The translations under genes were made by a program, and so were the position numbers. DNA of 64,000 bases from an uncultured delta proteobacterium (GTDB taxonomy: Bacteria > Desulfobacterota > Syntrophia > Syntrophales > UBA2185), in NCBI GenBank assembly GCA_963729715.1, contig CAVSPA010000004.1, forward strand, positions 64,001 through 128,000, written 5' to 3'. Under the pieces are notes generated by a model that did not search any database, was not told where the DNA came from, and saw nothing but the letters and a program-made list of their open reading frames with translations. Positions 38,645-48,303 of this stretch are shown here, one piece after another. Numbering within the stretch: the first letter of the stretch is position 1; each line of letters begins with the position of its first letter.

Positions 38645-39567
38645 TAATTATTCCATAGCCATTCAGGGCCTCTGTCTGTTCTACCTCGGCGATAATCTAT
38701 CATTGCAGTCATATAGGCGCGTGCTTTTCTGATGCGATCACGGTCATTAGACTTAAGAAGGAGCCAGGCAATATCGCGAAAGAAACCGATGTGGAGTTTG
38801 GTCAAGGCATTGGGGGAATGCAGTTTGGCCATCAACAGGTGGCTCCTGGTTTTATGATATGCCCTGAGTGGTGAATCCATGCCGCCCGTCGAAACAGAAA
38901 CTTTGTGCCATATTTGTGACTGGGGTACTACAAGTCTCTTGAGTCCTGCTTTCTTGGCACGCAGCCCCCAATCTACGTCCTCCCAGTATAAAAAAAATCT
39001 CTCATCCAGAAGACCGATTTTTTCAATAACAGCCTTTTTGATCAGCAATGCACAACCCGTAATGTAATCAGAATCAATAAGATCTGAAGAGACTTCATCA
39101 TCACTGCCGGCAGTTTCATGCGATTTAATCATACACGAATCCGGGTCAAAACGAGCCCCCGCAAACCATATTTTTTGCGGTTCAACGAAGTAGTAAATAG
39201 TGGGCCCGACAATTCCTATATCTGTTGATCTTTCTGCCGTTTCCAGAAGAATACTTAAGAAATCCGGTGAAACTACAGTGTCGTCATTCAAGAGAAGAAT
39301 ATATTCTGCTCCCCGCTTTAGAGCATCCCGGATACCTATATTATTTCCGCGGGCGTAACCGAGATTCTCCTGTGTGTTGATTGTTTGTAAAGAGCTTTCA
39401 GTAATTTCATTCCGGGGCGCAATATTGAGGGGTAAACTCGAACCATTGTTGACAACAGTAATGTCATAATCAGGATATGATATCTTTTGAGAAGATTGCA
39501 GACATTCGCTCAATATGGAAAAGTTTCTGAAGTGAAGAATAATTATATTAACTTTAGGATTATGCAT
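38644..39567 (-). CDS. Glycosyltransferase family 2
   Basis: NNGS, NLGYARGNN, LLNDD, LDERFFLYWEDVD. Confidence 0.9.
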   Translation of the reverse strand: MHNPKVNIIILHFRNFSILSECLQSSQKISYPDYDITVVNNGSSLPLNIAPRNEITESSLQTINTQENLGYARGNNIGIRDALKRGAEYILLLNDDTVVSPDFLSILLETAERSTDIGIVGPTIYYFVEPQKIWFAGARFDPDSCMIKSHETAGSDDEVSSDLIDSDYITGCALLIKKAVIEKIGLLDERFFLYWEDVDWGLRAKKAGLKRLVVPQSQIWHKVSVSTGGMDSPLRAYHKTRSHLLMAKLHSPNALTKLHIGFFRDIAWLLLKSNDRDRIRKARAYMTAMIDYRRGRTDRGPEWLWNN

Positions 39568-39818
39568 GATGAGATGAAGCTGCCATATAACCCATGATTC
39601 AATCCTTCACTGCAACCCACAATTCAAAACCTTTGTGTAATTTCAATGTTAAATTTTTTGCCTGTCTTGATGCTTACTTTTTCAGGCATTTTATCGGTTT
39701 CTAAGTTTTTGTAGAAGAAAAAAGCTCTCTGACAACTTTTGCTTCTCCCGCGATAGCCCCGGAGAGGGGGGGCTGTTTTCCCCTGTGTTGCAACAATCAT
39801 CTCCCGCGGCAGTTTCTG

Positions 39819-40778
39819 TTATCGATTATTCCAGTATTCCAGCATGTCATCCAGGCTTCTATGCAAATCGTATTTTGCCTCCCAGGCTAGTTCTTTTCTT
39901 ATTTTTTCATTTGACCCAATTATTATCCGATTGTCGTCAGGTCTTATTAATTCTTCATTTACCTTCGCTGTTATTTCTATGTTTAAATTCCTTGCCATGA
40001 GGGCAACTATCTCTTTTAAAGATATCCCGTTCCCACTGCACACATTATATATTGCACCTTTCTTGCCTTTATGAAGCAACAGGTAATACGCAGACACTAC
40101 ATCTCTGACATCCAAAAAGTCTCTAATTATTGATAAGTCCCCTACAATGAGTTCACCCTTATTTGAGCCTCTTTTTTTTATCCCAATTAACTGTTTGGCA
40201 AATGACGGTATAGCAAATGTCTCCCTTTGCCATGGACCGAGATGATTAAAAGAACGGGTTATAACAATGTCCGTTCCATATCCAGACACATAGACTTTTG
40301 ATAGAAGTTCCTGAGCGCATCTCGCCACAGCATAGGGACTAACAGGCTTCAGCTCGCGAGTTTCCTTTAATGGTACATCATTGACATCCACATTTCCGTA
40401 TTCCTCGGATGAACCAACAGACAAAATACGTGTCTCAATATTCAGTTTTCTAATGGCTTCTAACAAATTAAGAAATATGTTGGTATTATTTTGAAAACTC
40501 AAAATAGGTTCTTTCCAACTGAACGCAACACTGCTGTAGGATGCAAGATGTAAAACGTAATCAGGTTGGAATTGGGAAAGAAGATTTTCAATCTTATCCT
40601 TGCACAAAAGGTCGACTCTTTCGAATTTCCACTTAACAAACTTATAATCTTTTTGATCTATTTCCGGATATTTGAAATCTATCCCCAATATTGATGAATG
40701 AATTTCACCTTTTTCGAGGAATTCAATGAAATGTCTTGCAACAAAACCAGAAATGCCGGTTATTAAATACTTTTCCAT
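39819..40778 (-). CDS. GDP-mannose 4,6-dehydratase / Rmd-like NDP-sugar reductase (SDR)
   Basis: TGISGFVA, SSVAFSW, SSEEYG, SPYAVAR, RSFNHLGP, RDFLDVRD. Confidence 0.85.
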   Translation of the reverse strand: MEKYLITGISGFVARHFIEFLEKGEIHSSILGIDFKYPEIDQKDYKFVKWKFERVDLLCKDKIENLLSQFQPDYVLHLASYSSVAFSWKEPILSFQNNTNIFLNLLEAIRKLNIETRILSVGSSEEYGNVDVNDVPLKETRELKPVSPYAVARCAQELLSKVYVSGYGTDIVITRSFNHLGPWQRETFAIPSFAKQLIGIKKRGSNKGELIVGDLSIIRDFLDVRDVVSAYYLLLHKGKKGAIYNVCSGNGISLKEIVALMARNLNIEITAKVNEELIRPDDNRIIIGSNEKIRKELAWEAKYDLHRSLDDMLEYWNNR

Positions 40779-40921
40779 TTACTTTTCTCTTCTTGAAATA
40801 TCAGCATGACAATACGGTATTTAATAACAGGAGACAATGCATGAAAATACGCATTCTCACTTTCACAAACAACGCTATTGTTATGATTCTTACAAACATT
40901 TTAGATTTAGAGTTATAGCGG

Positions 40922-41671
40922 TTATCTTTTTAATACCATGCCCTGTCCTGTGGGCAAAGACACGATCTCTTCAGGTTTATCTTGAAAAAAAGAATCCATC
41001 GCAGTCTTAGCACCCGGACATGTGATGAACCCATAGTCATCGCAGAGAATAATCCCTCCTGGGTTCGTTCGCGAGTAGAAAAATGTCAATGCGTCTCGCG
41101 TGGGCTGATAAAGATCAACGTCCAGATGAACGAAACAGAAGCGCTTGGTTTCTACCTCATGGAACTTTTCCGGTATCCAGCCCTTGTGACAAACGACATA
41201 ATCAAATTCCCGCAAATATTCCATGAGAAAAGCCTCATTGACAGCCATGCCACCTTCTGTCCAGTGAGTGCCGTCTTCAGGGCCAGGCATTGATAATCCC
41301 TCAAATGAATCGAATACATGATGCATTTTACCGAGCCCGACTATCCGTCGGCAAATCAAATAGGATGACGCCCCTTTGAAGGCTCCGCATTCCACTGTGT
41401 CACCGGCAACAGTTATAACCAATTTCATCAACTGGTCAAGCGTGTATTTACGGTCGAGGGAATGATAATTGTCCGTACCACAAAAATGTTCATAGTATCG
41501 GACGAAATCATCGTCGTACTCGATCAGTCTGCCAAATTCACTAAACTTGTAACGCGGATATACTTGCCGTGACAGTGCCTCGGCCAGGACGTACCTTGAT
41601 CGTTCATCGCGTTTACGTAAAAAATTTACAAAATATTTAATGCCCGCAAGCGTTTTTACTGCTAATTTCAT
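40922..41671 (-). CDS. TylF/MycF/NovP-family O-methyltransferase
   Basis: GDTVECG, FDSFEG, KGW, HLDVDLY, DDYG; probable start MKLAVKT at 41671. Confidence 0.88.
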   Translation of the reverse strand: MKLAVKTLAGIKYFVNFLRKRDERSRYVLAEALSRQVYPRYKFSEFGRLIEYDDDFVRYYEHFCGTDNYHSLDRKYTLDQLMKLVITVAGDTVECGAFKGASSYLICRRIVGLGKMHHVFDSFEGLSMPGPEDGTHWTEGGMAVNEAFLMEYLREFDYVVCHKGWIPEKFHEVETKRFCFVHLDVDLYQPTRDALTFFYSRTNPGGIILCDDYGFITCPGAKTAMDSFFQDKPEEIVSLPTGQGMVLKR

Positions 41672-41681
41672 AGTGGTAATT

Positions 41682-42959
41682 TTACATCCTTTCTCTGAAT
41701 GGGTATAGTACTTTATCATAAAGGTTGATGAATCGGTTCGCCACATTTGACCAATCATAGGCTTCTTTTGCTATATTGATATCAAGGATGGGAGGCGTCC
41801 CTCTTTCAAGAATATCGATGATAATTTTCGACCACTCAAGATAGTTGGTGGCAGGAAGAAAGCGCCCTGCACCGTGTTTTTGCAGCAATTCGGTCGTTTC
41901 ACCTACAACTGTCGACAATATTGGCAGTCTGCAAGCCATGGCTTTCATTATGGCTACAGAGCTACCCTCGGTGCTCGATGACGATACATATAAGTCAGAT
42001 ACCCAGTAAAGATCTCTAAGCTCCTCACCCGTCACATAAGGATGAAGGAGGGCTTTACCTTCCTTGGAGAGCTTGTCTATCAGGGTGGTGAGTCTATCCG
42101 TATTTGCTCTGTCTCCGTGCCCTGCTATAATCAAAAAGAAATCGTCACGCGCAATCAACGTGGAAAAGGTTTGTATTAGCCTATCGAATTGTTTTTCAGA
42201 CACAAAATTGCCGGTAGCCAGAAATACCGTTTTTCGTGGGTCTATATTTAATTTATGACGGGCCGATTGTATGGCAGCAAACGAGGGCGCGGGAATCCAA
42301 AAATCGAAATCGCAGCCCATTGTGAGCTTCATCGTGCGGCCATCATATACTTTTCTTAGTTCTCTTAATGAAGATGTGATGGGCGCAGAGATTACATCTA
42401 CGTATCGCATAATATTTCTTAGCCGTATATGTTCCACTGCAAGACACAGGTAAGTCAGAGGTCTATGCAAACCAAGCATTTCGCCTACAGGGGTATTCAA
42501 AGTGCCGTGCCCAATAATGAGTATGGGGAATTTCTTTACAGGTGCAAGTAACTTAATGATTTCATCATAAAACGGTATGCGGAACCCATGAAGCTGCAAA
42601 ATGAAAGAAGAACCTGCCAGATTCCTAAGGCGTGAAATTATCTCTGCAGAGTATATTCCCTTTGCTGTTCTGACCCCGGGACGATAAACTTTATCTGTAG
42701 CAGGGAAAAGGAGATGTCTCATTCCGGTACTCAAGGTCGTGGAATAAATTTTATCGGCGCGATAATCCGGTTGCCACACTTCCCAATCGTATCGCTCGGT
42801 CACTTTTAAAACGGCTTCACCCAATAAATCTGCCCACTCTCTGGGCCAAAATCCAAGCCAACTGCCATCAGATTTCTCCCAGAATATGTCCGGTTTTTCA
42901 TTGGGCGAAAAATGGTAAGCTGGACCATGCGGCATTATGTTAATGATTAGAGGCTTCAT
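41682..42959 (-). CDS. Glycosyltransferase family 4
   Basis: C-terminal GT-B motif SSTEGSSVAIMKAMACRLP. Confidence 0.8.
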   Translation of the reverse strand: MKPLIINIMPHGPAYHFSPNEKPDIFWEKSDGSWLGFWPREWADLLGEAVLKVTERYDWEVWQPDYRADKIYSTTLSTGMRHLLFPATDKVYRPGVRTAKGIYSAEIISRLRNLAGSSFILQLHGFRIPFYDEIIKLLAPVKKFPILIIGHGTLNTPVGEMLGLHRPLTYLCLAVEHIRLRNIMRYVDVISAPITSSLRELRKVYDGRTMKLTMGCDFDFWIPAPSFAAIQSARHKLNIDPRKTVFLATGNFVSEKQFDRLIQTFSTLIARDDFFLIIAGHGDRANTDRLTTLIDKLSKEGKALLHPYVTGEELRDLYWVSDLYVSSSSTEGSSVAIMKAMACRLPILSTVVGETTELLQKHGAGRFLPATNYLEWSKIIIDILERGTPPILDINIAKEAYDWSNVANRFINLYDKVLYPFRERM

Positions 42960-43051
42960 TTACATCGTCTGGTTATTATCTGCCATTCCAACAGTGATGC
43001 AGCTCAAGTTTAAGTCGGTTTTGATCACGCTTCATCGCCTTCGAATTTTTT

Positions 43052-43738
43052 TCATTTAATTTTCAATAAATATTTTATCATTTTAGAAGTGAACGACGTT
43101 ACCCGCAGGAAGTTATTTCTCAACATCATACGCATTGAATATTTTCTATCAAAAGACCTAATGATTTTTTCATCTATATCCTTCACGCGACTTTCTGTGA
43201 TAATCGAATACAACGCAATGGGAGAAAGGTCATTCTCGATGAAATCAACTGGCTTCCTGGCTTTTAGAAATATCCCCGGACTGAATTTATCATATTCCAG
43301 TTTTTCGATGTTGAAATCTGAAAATATTTTTGTCATATCTTCAATATCATATCTCCAGAAATCATAAGGCCAAGCATGATATTCAGCTTCCTTTGTCCTT
43401 GTAGTTACTAATATTATGCCGTTCCTTTTACAGACATTCTTAAAGTTTGAAACTACCTTTCTCCAATCCTTCACGTGCTCAAGCATTTCTGTAGATATTA
43501 TGATATCGAAACTCACCTTGCCATATTTGTCCAATATCTCATCGGCGCTACAAATTTCGTCAACGCCTATTCCCTGCACAATATCTACACCCACATATTT
43601 AGCCGGACCCCAGGATTCAATAAGCGGGCGTAAACTGCCGTTAACGTTGCACGCTCCAACTTCCAATACATCCTTTCCTTCAACTTCTTCTTTAGTTAAA
43701 TTCATTGCCCCAAATAAAATGCAGAATGCATTACACAT
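43052..43738 (-). CDS. Class I SAM methyltransferase
   Basis: VLEVGA, YVGVDI, TEMLEHV, PYDFWRY. Confidence 0.85.
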   Translation of the reverse strand: MCNAFCILFGAMNLTKEEVEGKDVLEVGACNVNGSLRPLIESWGPAKYVGVDIVQGIGVDEICSADEILDKYGKVSFDIIISTEMLEHVKDWRKVVSNFKNVCKRNGIILVTTRTKEAEYHAWPYDFWRYDIEDMTKIFSDFNIEKLEYDKFSPGIFLKARKPVDFIENDLSPIALYSIITESRVKDIDEKIIRSFDRKYSMRMMLRNNFLRVTSFTSKMIKYLLKIK

Positions 43739-43866
43739 AAGTCAACTCTCTTATTAATTCAATCCTCAAGTATCATTCCCGCACTCGCATCGACGACACT
43801 GCCGGTGTAGAGCAGTTAGGGCACTATATGAATAAGCACCCGTGTGGATCGCTTGCGGGCATTCCT

Positions 43867-45072
43867 TCATTGAAAATACCATCGGCACTGGGGGAAAACT
43901 GGGCCGACTTTTTCTATAGGGAGCTGTCTCTTCGTTACCATATTCAGTACGTCAAAGATCATACAATCCTTATCGCCAAAGAAATTTTCTATCCCGTCAC
44001 CGAACCAGAGTGACAATCTATATGTGCCATTCAGCAATTGTGGATGTTCGACAATCACCTTCACTACGCCCTTGTAGCTGGGATTAACTACCTGGTCTTG
44101 AGGATGGTCGATCAGATTTGAGCCACAAATTGGATTGCCGAAGTAATCGCTTATGATGAAACCAAGAACGGGTATCTTAATTTCCTTCTCAAGCTGATAT
44201 TCAAAGACGATTTCTATAATATTACCTTTCTGTTGGACTTTTGCCCTGTTCAGAGGTTCGGCTTTAAACACTATTTCGTTCAAGCTGGATTGACCAAGAT
44301 AGAGATTGATTCCTTCCACCACACTGAGTGGACCTCTTGCATTTCCTTCCGAAAGAAAGATTGCCTTATTGCACAAGGAGGCAATCGCGTTCATGTTGTG
44401 ACTAACAAATAGCACCGTTCTTCCTTCTCTTGCTACATCGCCCATTTTCCCCAAACATTTTTTTTGAAATGATGTATCTCCCACCGCCAACACCTCATCG
44501 ACGAGGAGGATTTCCGGTTCAAGGTGTGCTGCTACTGCAAACGCAAGACGCATGTACATGCCAGAAGAATAATATTTGACAGGCGTATTAATGAATCTTT
44601 CTACTTCTGCAAAAGTTACAATTTCACTAAATTTGCGACTGATTTCATTACTGCTCATGCCGAGCACTGTCCCACTTAGATAGATATTCTCTTCTCCGGT
44701 GAGTTCGGAATGGAATCCGGTGCCAACTTCCAAAAGAGAACCGATTCTACCGCGAATTCGCGCACGCCCTTCCGTCGGTTCGGTAATACGGGAAAGAATT
44801 TTAAGAAGAGTACTTTTGCCCGCGCCGTTCCTCCCTATGATGCCAATTATCTCGCCGCGTTTGACTTCAAAGTTTACACCTCTTAACGCCCAGATGAATT
44901 CCGACGGGTTTACATCGTTTGAAACGGGTGGCGAGAAAGCGTTTCTGATTTGGCGAAAGGGCGCTGCAGCCAGATCTAAAAGAGCTTCCCGGAAGGTCTT
45001 GTCGCGGTCCTCGGGAGATCCGATACGGTACAGTTTTCCGAGATTTTCAACCTGAATAACGATGTCGTTCAT
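43867..45072 (-). CDS. wzt: Polysaccharide ABC transporter ATP-binding subunit with C-terminal extension
   Basis: GRNGAGKSTLL, YSSGM, LLVDE, FVSH. Confidence 0.92.
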   Translation of the reverse strand: MNDIVIQVENLGKLYRIGSPEDRDKTFREALLDLAAAPFRQIRNAFSPPVSNDVNPSEFIWALRGVNFEVKRGEIIGIIGRNGAGKSTLLKILSRITEPTEGRARIRGRIGSLLEVGTGFHSELTGEENIYLSGTVLGMSSNEISRKFSEIVTFAEVERFINTPVKYYSSGMYMRLAFAVAAHLEPEILLVDEVLAVGDTSFQKKCLGKMGDVAREGRTVLFVSHNMNAIASLCNKAIFLSEGNARGPLSVVEGINLYLGQSSLNEIVFKAEPLNRAKVQQKGNIIEIVFEYQLEKEIKIPVLGFIISDYFGNPICGSNLIDHPQDQVVNPSYKGVVKVIVEHPQLLNGTYRLSLWFGDGIENFFGDKDCMIFDVLNMVTKRQLPIEKVGPVFPQCRWYFQ

Positions 45073-45119
45073 ATTCTTACTGTGGGCATATTACGTGTTG
45101 CATCTCGTTCCTGGAATCT

Positions 45120-45245
45120 TAGTACATCATTTCATTATTAAGGTGTCATATCGACCGAAGGGAGATGTCTTTTAGTTTTACCTTCATATTAAGATTTCTC
45201 GCTGCCCCTTCGCGATGCTCAGGGCTTCGGCTCACCGAAATGACA
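45120..45245. repeat. REP/MITE-like intergenic element (same family as 25880)
   Basis: Shared 33-nt left segment; GTCATATCGACCGAAGGGAGA...AGATTTCTC...CGAAATGACA. Confidence 0.7.
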
Positions 45246-45261
45246 ATGATAGTATTGTGGG

Positions 45262-46098
45262 TTAGATGATATCGGCGAATCGCCGTTCCATTCGTGTGAA
45301 ATAAACAATCCCCATGATAAACAACGCAATGCTCACCGCTACTGAAATAACGAGGTCGCTCCAGAGGATGGGCGTGTTGAGAAGTGAAGATCGAAAGGCT
45401 GTGATCAGCCCGGCCATGGGGTTAAGGTTAATCAGCCATCGCCAACGCTCAGGAACGATGCTTGAAGGATAAATTACCGGTGTTGCGAAGAGCCAGAACT
45501 GGACAAGAAATGGAATGACGTATCGGAAATCCCGGTAGGCAACATTCAGTGCGGAAAGAATCATTCCAATTCCAAGGGTTGCTATAATGACTCCGAGCAT
45601 CAAAAGTGGAAGTAAGAAAAGACTCCACCCTGGATATATTCCGTAATAAAACATCATCACAATAAGAATAATAAAGGCGACAAAAAAATCGAGTAATCCG
45701 GATCCGAGGGATGCTGCCGGTATAATTATTCTCGGGAAATATACTTTTGATATTAAGTTGCTGCTTGCCAACACACTATTTCCCGCATTGCTGATCCCGT
45801 TACTGAAGAACTGCCAGGGTAGAAGAGCCGTGTAAACAAATATGGGGTAGGGAATATTATCCGATGGAATCTTTGCCAGCATGCCGAAGAAGATAGTAAA
45901 TACCACCATGCTCATGAACGGCTGCAGAATTGCCCATAACCCACCTAACACAGTCTGTTTGTAACGGACCTTTATATCGCGGATTGTTAAAAAATGTAAC
46001 AACTCGCGGTATCGCCACAGTTCCTTCCATTGCAGGGAAGACCAGAATTTTCTGGGTTCTATAATTGTGATGTCGGATTGATTATTTCCCATAGTCAT
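45262..46098 (-). CDS. wzm: Polysaccharide ABC transporter permease
   Basis: RDIKVRYKQTVLG.LW..LQP; KVYFPR; TPVIYP; NPM. Confidence 0.93.
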   Translation of the reverse strand: MTMGNNQSDITIIEPRKFWSSLQWKELWRYRELLHFLTIRDIKVRYKQTVLGGLWAILQPFMSMVVFTIFFGMLAKIPSDNIPYPIFVYTALLPWQFFSNGISNAGNSVLASSNLISKVYFPRIIIPAASLGSGLLDFFVAFIILIVMMFYYGIYPGWSLFLLPLLMLGVIIATLGIGMILSALNVAYRDFRYVIPFLVQFWLFATPVIYPSSIVPERWRWLINLNPMAGLITAFRSSLLNTPILWSDLVISVAVSIALFIMGIVYFTRMERRFADII

Positions 46099-46119
46099 TT
46101 CCCCGAATTAAAATCTCTT

Positions 46120-47526
46120 CTAACTGAGGGATTCATTTGCGACAACATTGTCTGCGGCAACCTCTATTGATGGAATCATGATAATCATGGCCGTCAAGAA
46201 CCAGAAAGGTTCCATGATACGGACGATAATGAAAGTATTAGTGCCGATGCCGTGGGTGACCATGGCAACAAATCCTGCAAGATAACCGAGCGAAAGACCG
46301 CTAAAAAGCGGGTCTGCGGTCCCCCTGTAGGTATGCAATGCATTCATATAGATGGAAAGAAGAAGAATGAAGAAAGTGAGAAATCCCAGGAGTCCTGTCT
46401 CGGCGAGCACCCGTGGATATTGCGCATCCAGAAAACGGTATCCCGTAATGCCATAGCCAAGTATCGGCTGACTGATAAAATCTTTTTCAAGAGCATCTTT
46501 CCAAGACTTAAGCCTGGCGGAAGTTGAGGTGTCAAGCCTTGTATTGCCGACGGTGATCTGTCCGGCTTCTCGCGGCTGAGTAAAAGTAAAAGATACCCTT
46601 TCTATAACACTTTTTGGCAAGATAAATGAGGATGCGAGAAAAATAATGATTAATGCGACAATAATGGGCCACTTTCTCTTACTAAAATAAAGCAGTGTCA
46701 TGACCATGGGAATAAGTGAAACCCAGGAGGCTCTGGAAAGTGTTGCGGCAAGGGAAATAAGGATTAAAAAGAAGAGGGTGCCCAAAAATATTTTTTGTTT
46801 TTTGGAGCGGCCATAGCCTAGTAAAAGACCCAGGACGATGGAGAGCATAAGAACAAGATAGCCCCCAAGCGTATTTGGTTCGCCTTCCGGGCCTTCAAAT
46901 GGTGCAGAGACGCGTCCACCGGCCGGTATTTGATAGATAGCAACTATGCAAATGACAAAGCAAACAAGGAGGATGGTAAACAGGAACCGCTCAATTTGTT
47001 TTTTCTCCTTGAGATGGTTTACGGCAATGAAGTATATGATAAAGTATTCAAAGTATTTCAAAAGAAAGAAGAATCCCGTGAGTCCTTTTACTCTTCCCAT
47101 CATATATCCAATGAGTGTTGAAATCAGGCAGACTATGAAATAGTATGTAATAGGTCCGTTTAGGGGCGTTCTGAGAAAGAGCCCTAATTCTTTCCTAATA
47201 GCTGTTCTCAGAAACCAGCTCAGTCCGATTATGACCAGGAGAAAGTCGTCCATGCGTAAGGTTAGCCCGCGTCCGCGGCCGGGCAATTCTGTCGGTTCTC
47301 CGATTATAAACTGCGGTCCGAGGAGCATGGAAACGATCAGGATATAGAGGGCGATTTCTGTATTGATAAAACTCACGATACCGATGATAACAGCGGCGAT
47401 TACCGCAAAGGCAAGGCCGGTTGACGCCTTCGCAATTAACAGCCCTCCCGCCATCGTTATTAGGAAGATCGTTATGAGGAATAATACGGTCTTTGGATCG
47501 ATAGCTGCTTGTGTGAGTCTATTCAT
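46120..47526 (-). CDS. O-antigen ligase / Wzy polymerase family protein
   Basis: Multi-TM; EPNTLGGY, TLSRASW, GYG, LAETGLLG. Confidence 0.85.
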   Translation of the reverse strand: MNRLTQAAIDPKTVLFLITIFLITMAGGLLIAKASTGLAFAVIAAVIIGIVSFINTEIALYILIVSMLLGPQFIIGEPTELPGRGRGLTLRMDDFLLVIIGLSWFLRTAIRKELGLFLRTPLNGPITYYFIVCLISTLIGYMMGRVKGLTGFFFLLKYFEYFIIYFIAVNHLKEKKQIERFLFTILLVCFVICIVAIYQIPAGGRVSAPFEGPEGEPNTLGGYLVLMLSIVLGLLLGYGRSKKQKIFLGTLFFLILISLAATLSRASWVSLIPMVMTLLYFSKRKWPIIVALIIIFLASSFILPKSVIERVSFTFTQPREAGQITVGNTRLDTSTSARLKSWKDALEKDFISQPILGYGITGYRFLDAQYPRVLAETGLLGFLTFFILLLSIYMNALHTYRGTADPLFSGLSLGYLAGFVAMVTHGIGTNTFIIVRIMEPFWFLTAMIIMIPSIEVAADNVVANESLS

Positions 47527-47569
47527 GTCGGTGGAATCTGATTGTTTGGTGTTTGATAGTCAAAGAACT

Positions 47570-48000
47570 GGATTCCCGCGTGCGCGGGAATGACACGGGT
47601 GGATGGATTCCCGCCGGAGCCTGCCCTCGAATGTATCAGTCGGGGGCGGGAATGACATTGGCGGATGTATTCGCGCTTACGACTGTGTGTAGTGAGCCTT
47701 CTTTGTCATTCCGGTGAACCGAAGGCCTGAACATGGTGAAGGGGCATGTGAGGAATCTTAAAGATCCCTCTCTTCGCTCTGGACAAAAATTTCTCCCTTC
47801 GGTCGAAATGACAGAAGGGGGGACGGCATGACAGACTTTTCTTTCTTGTCATTTCGAGTGCAGCGAGAAATCTTTTTCTCCTTCTCACCCCCTGGATGAA
47901 AGGGGGTCGGGTGGATTTTTACCCACTATCAGAAATCCCCTGTAGCCCCCTTTGTCAAAGGGGGCAGGAAGTAATGACAGAAGGGGGTCGAAATGACATA
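47570..48000. repeat. Mosaic cluster of palindromic repeats
   Basis: ATTCCC-N8-GGGAAT (47572-47591), 52-bp GGATTCCC..GGGAATGAC unit (47605-47656), GTCATTTCGA/TCGAAATGAC units, CCCCCTTTGTCAAAGGGGG hairpin. Confidence 0.75.
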
Positions 48001-48014
48001 GTCGAAACCGGTCT

Positions 48015-48203
48015 TTATTTCTTTCCCTCAGTGGCTCCTTTTTCTTGTTCATATACGCCTCTATCCGCGGAGTTATAGAATGTTTCAATAATAACAGAAA
48101 TGCTGCCGGTAAATGCGCTGAGTACAAGAGAAACGACTGCTATTACGAGCAGCCAGAAGAAAGTCCTTCTTCTTGTGAGGAAATCTCTCGCACGTCGCTT
48201 CAT
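48015..48203 (-). CDS. Small single-TM hypothetical protein
   Basis: Basic N-terminus plus hydrophobic helix (FFWLLVIAVVSLVLSAF); co-oriented between wzc and the ligase gene. Confidence 0.45.
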   Translation of the reverse strand: MKRRARDFLTRRRTFFWLLVIAVVSLVLSAFTGSISVIIETFYNSADRGVYEQEKGATEGKK

Positions 48204-48303
48204 TAGTTTCTCTTCTCGATCGGCGCGTCACTCACGGTGGTCGTTTGTTTCTGTGGGTATCGGGTGCGTATTTGTTCCGCGGCGTGAAAACTGAGAAGTG
48301 GAA

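Noticed and set aside
47570..48000. CRISPR array
   Set aside because: Repeats are heterogeneous, partly inverted and irregularly spaced, and there are no cas genes
47706..48127. Short ORFs 47706-47888, 47885-48127 and 47896-48078
   Set aside because: Mostly translations of palindromic repeat DNA
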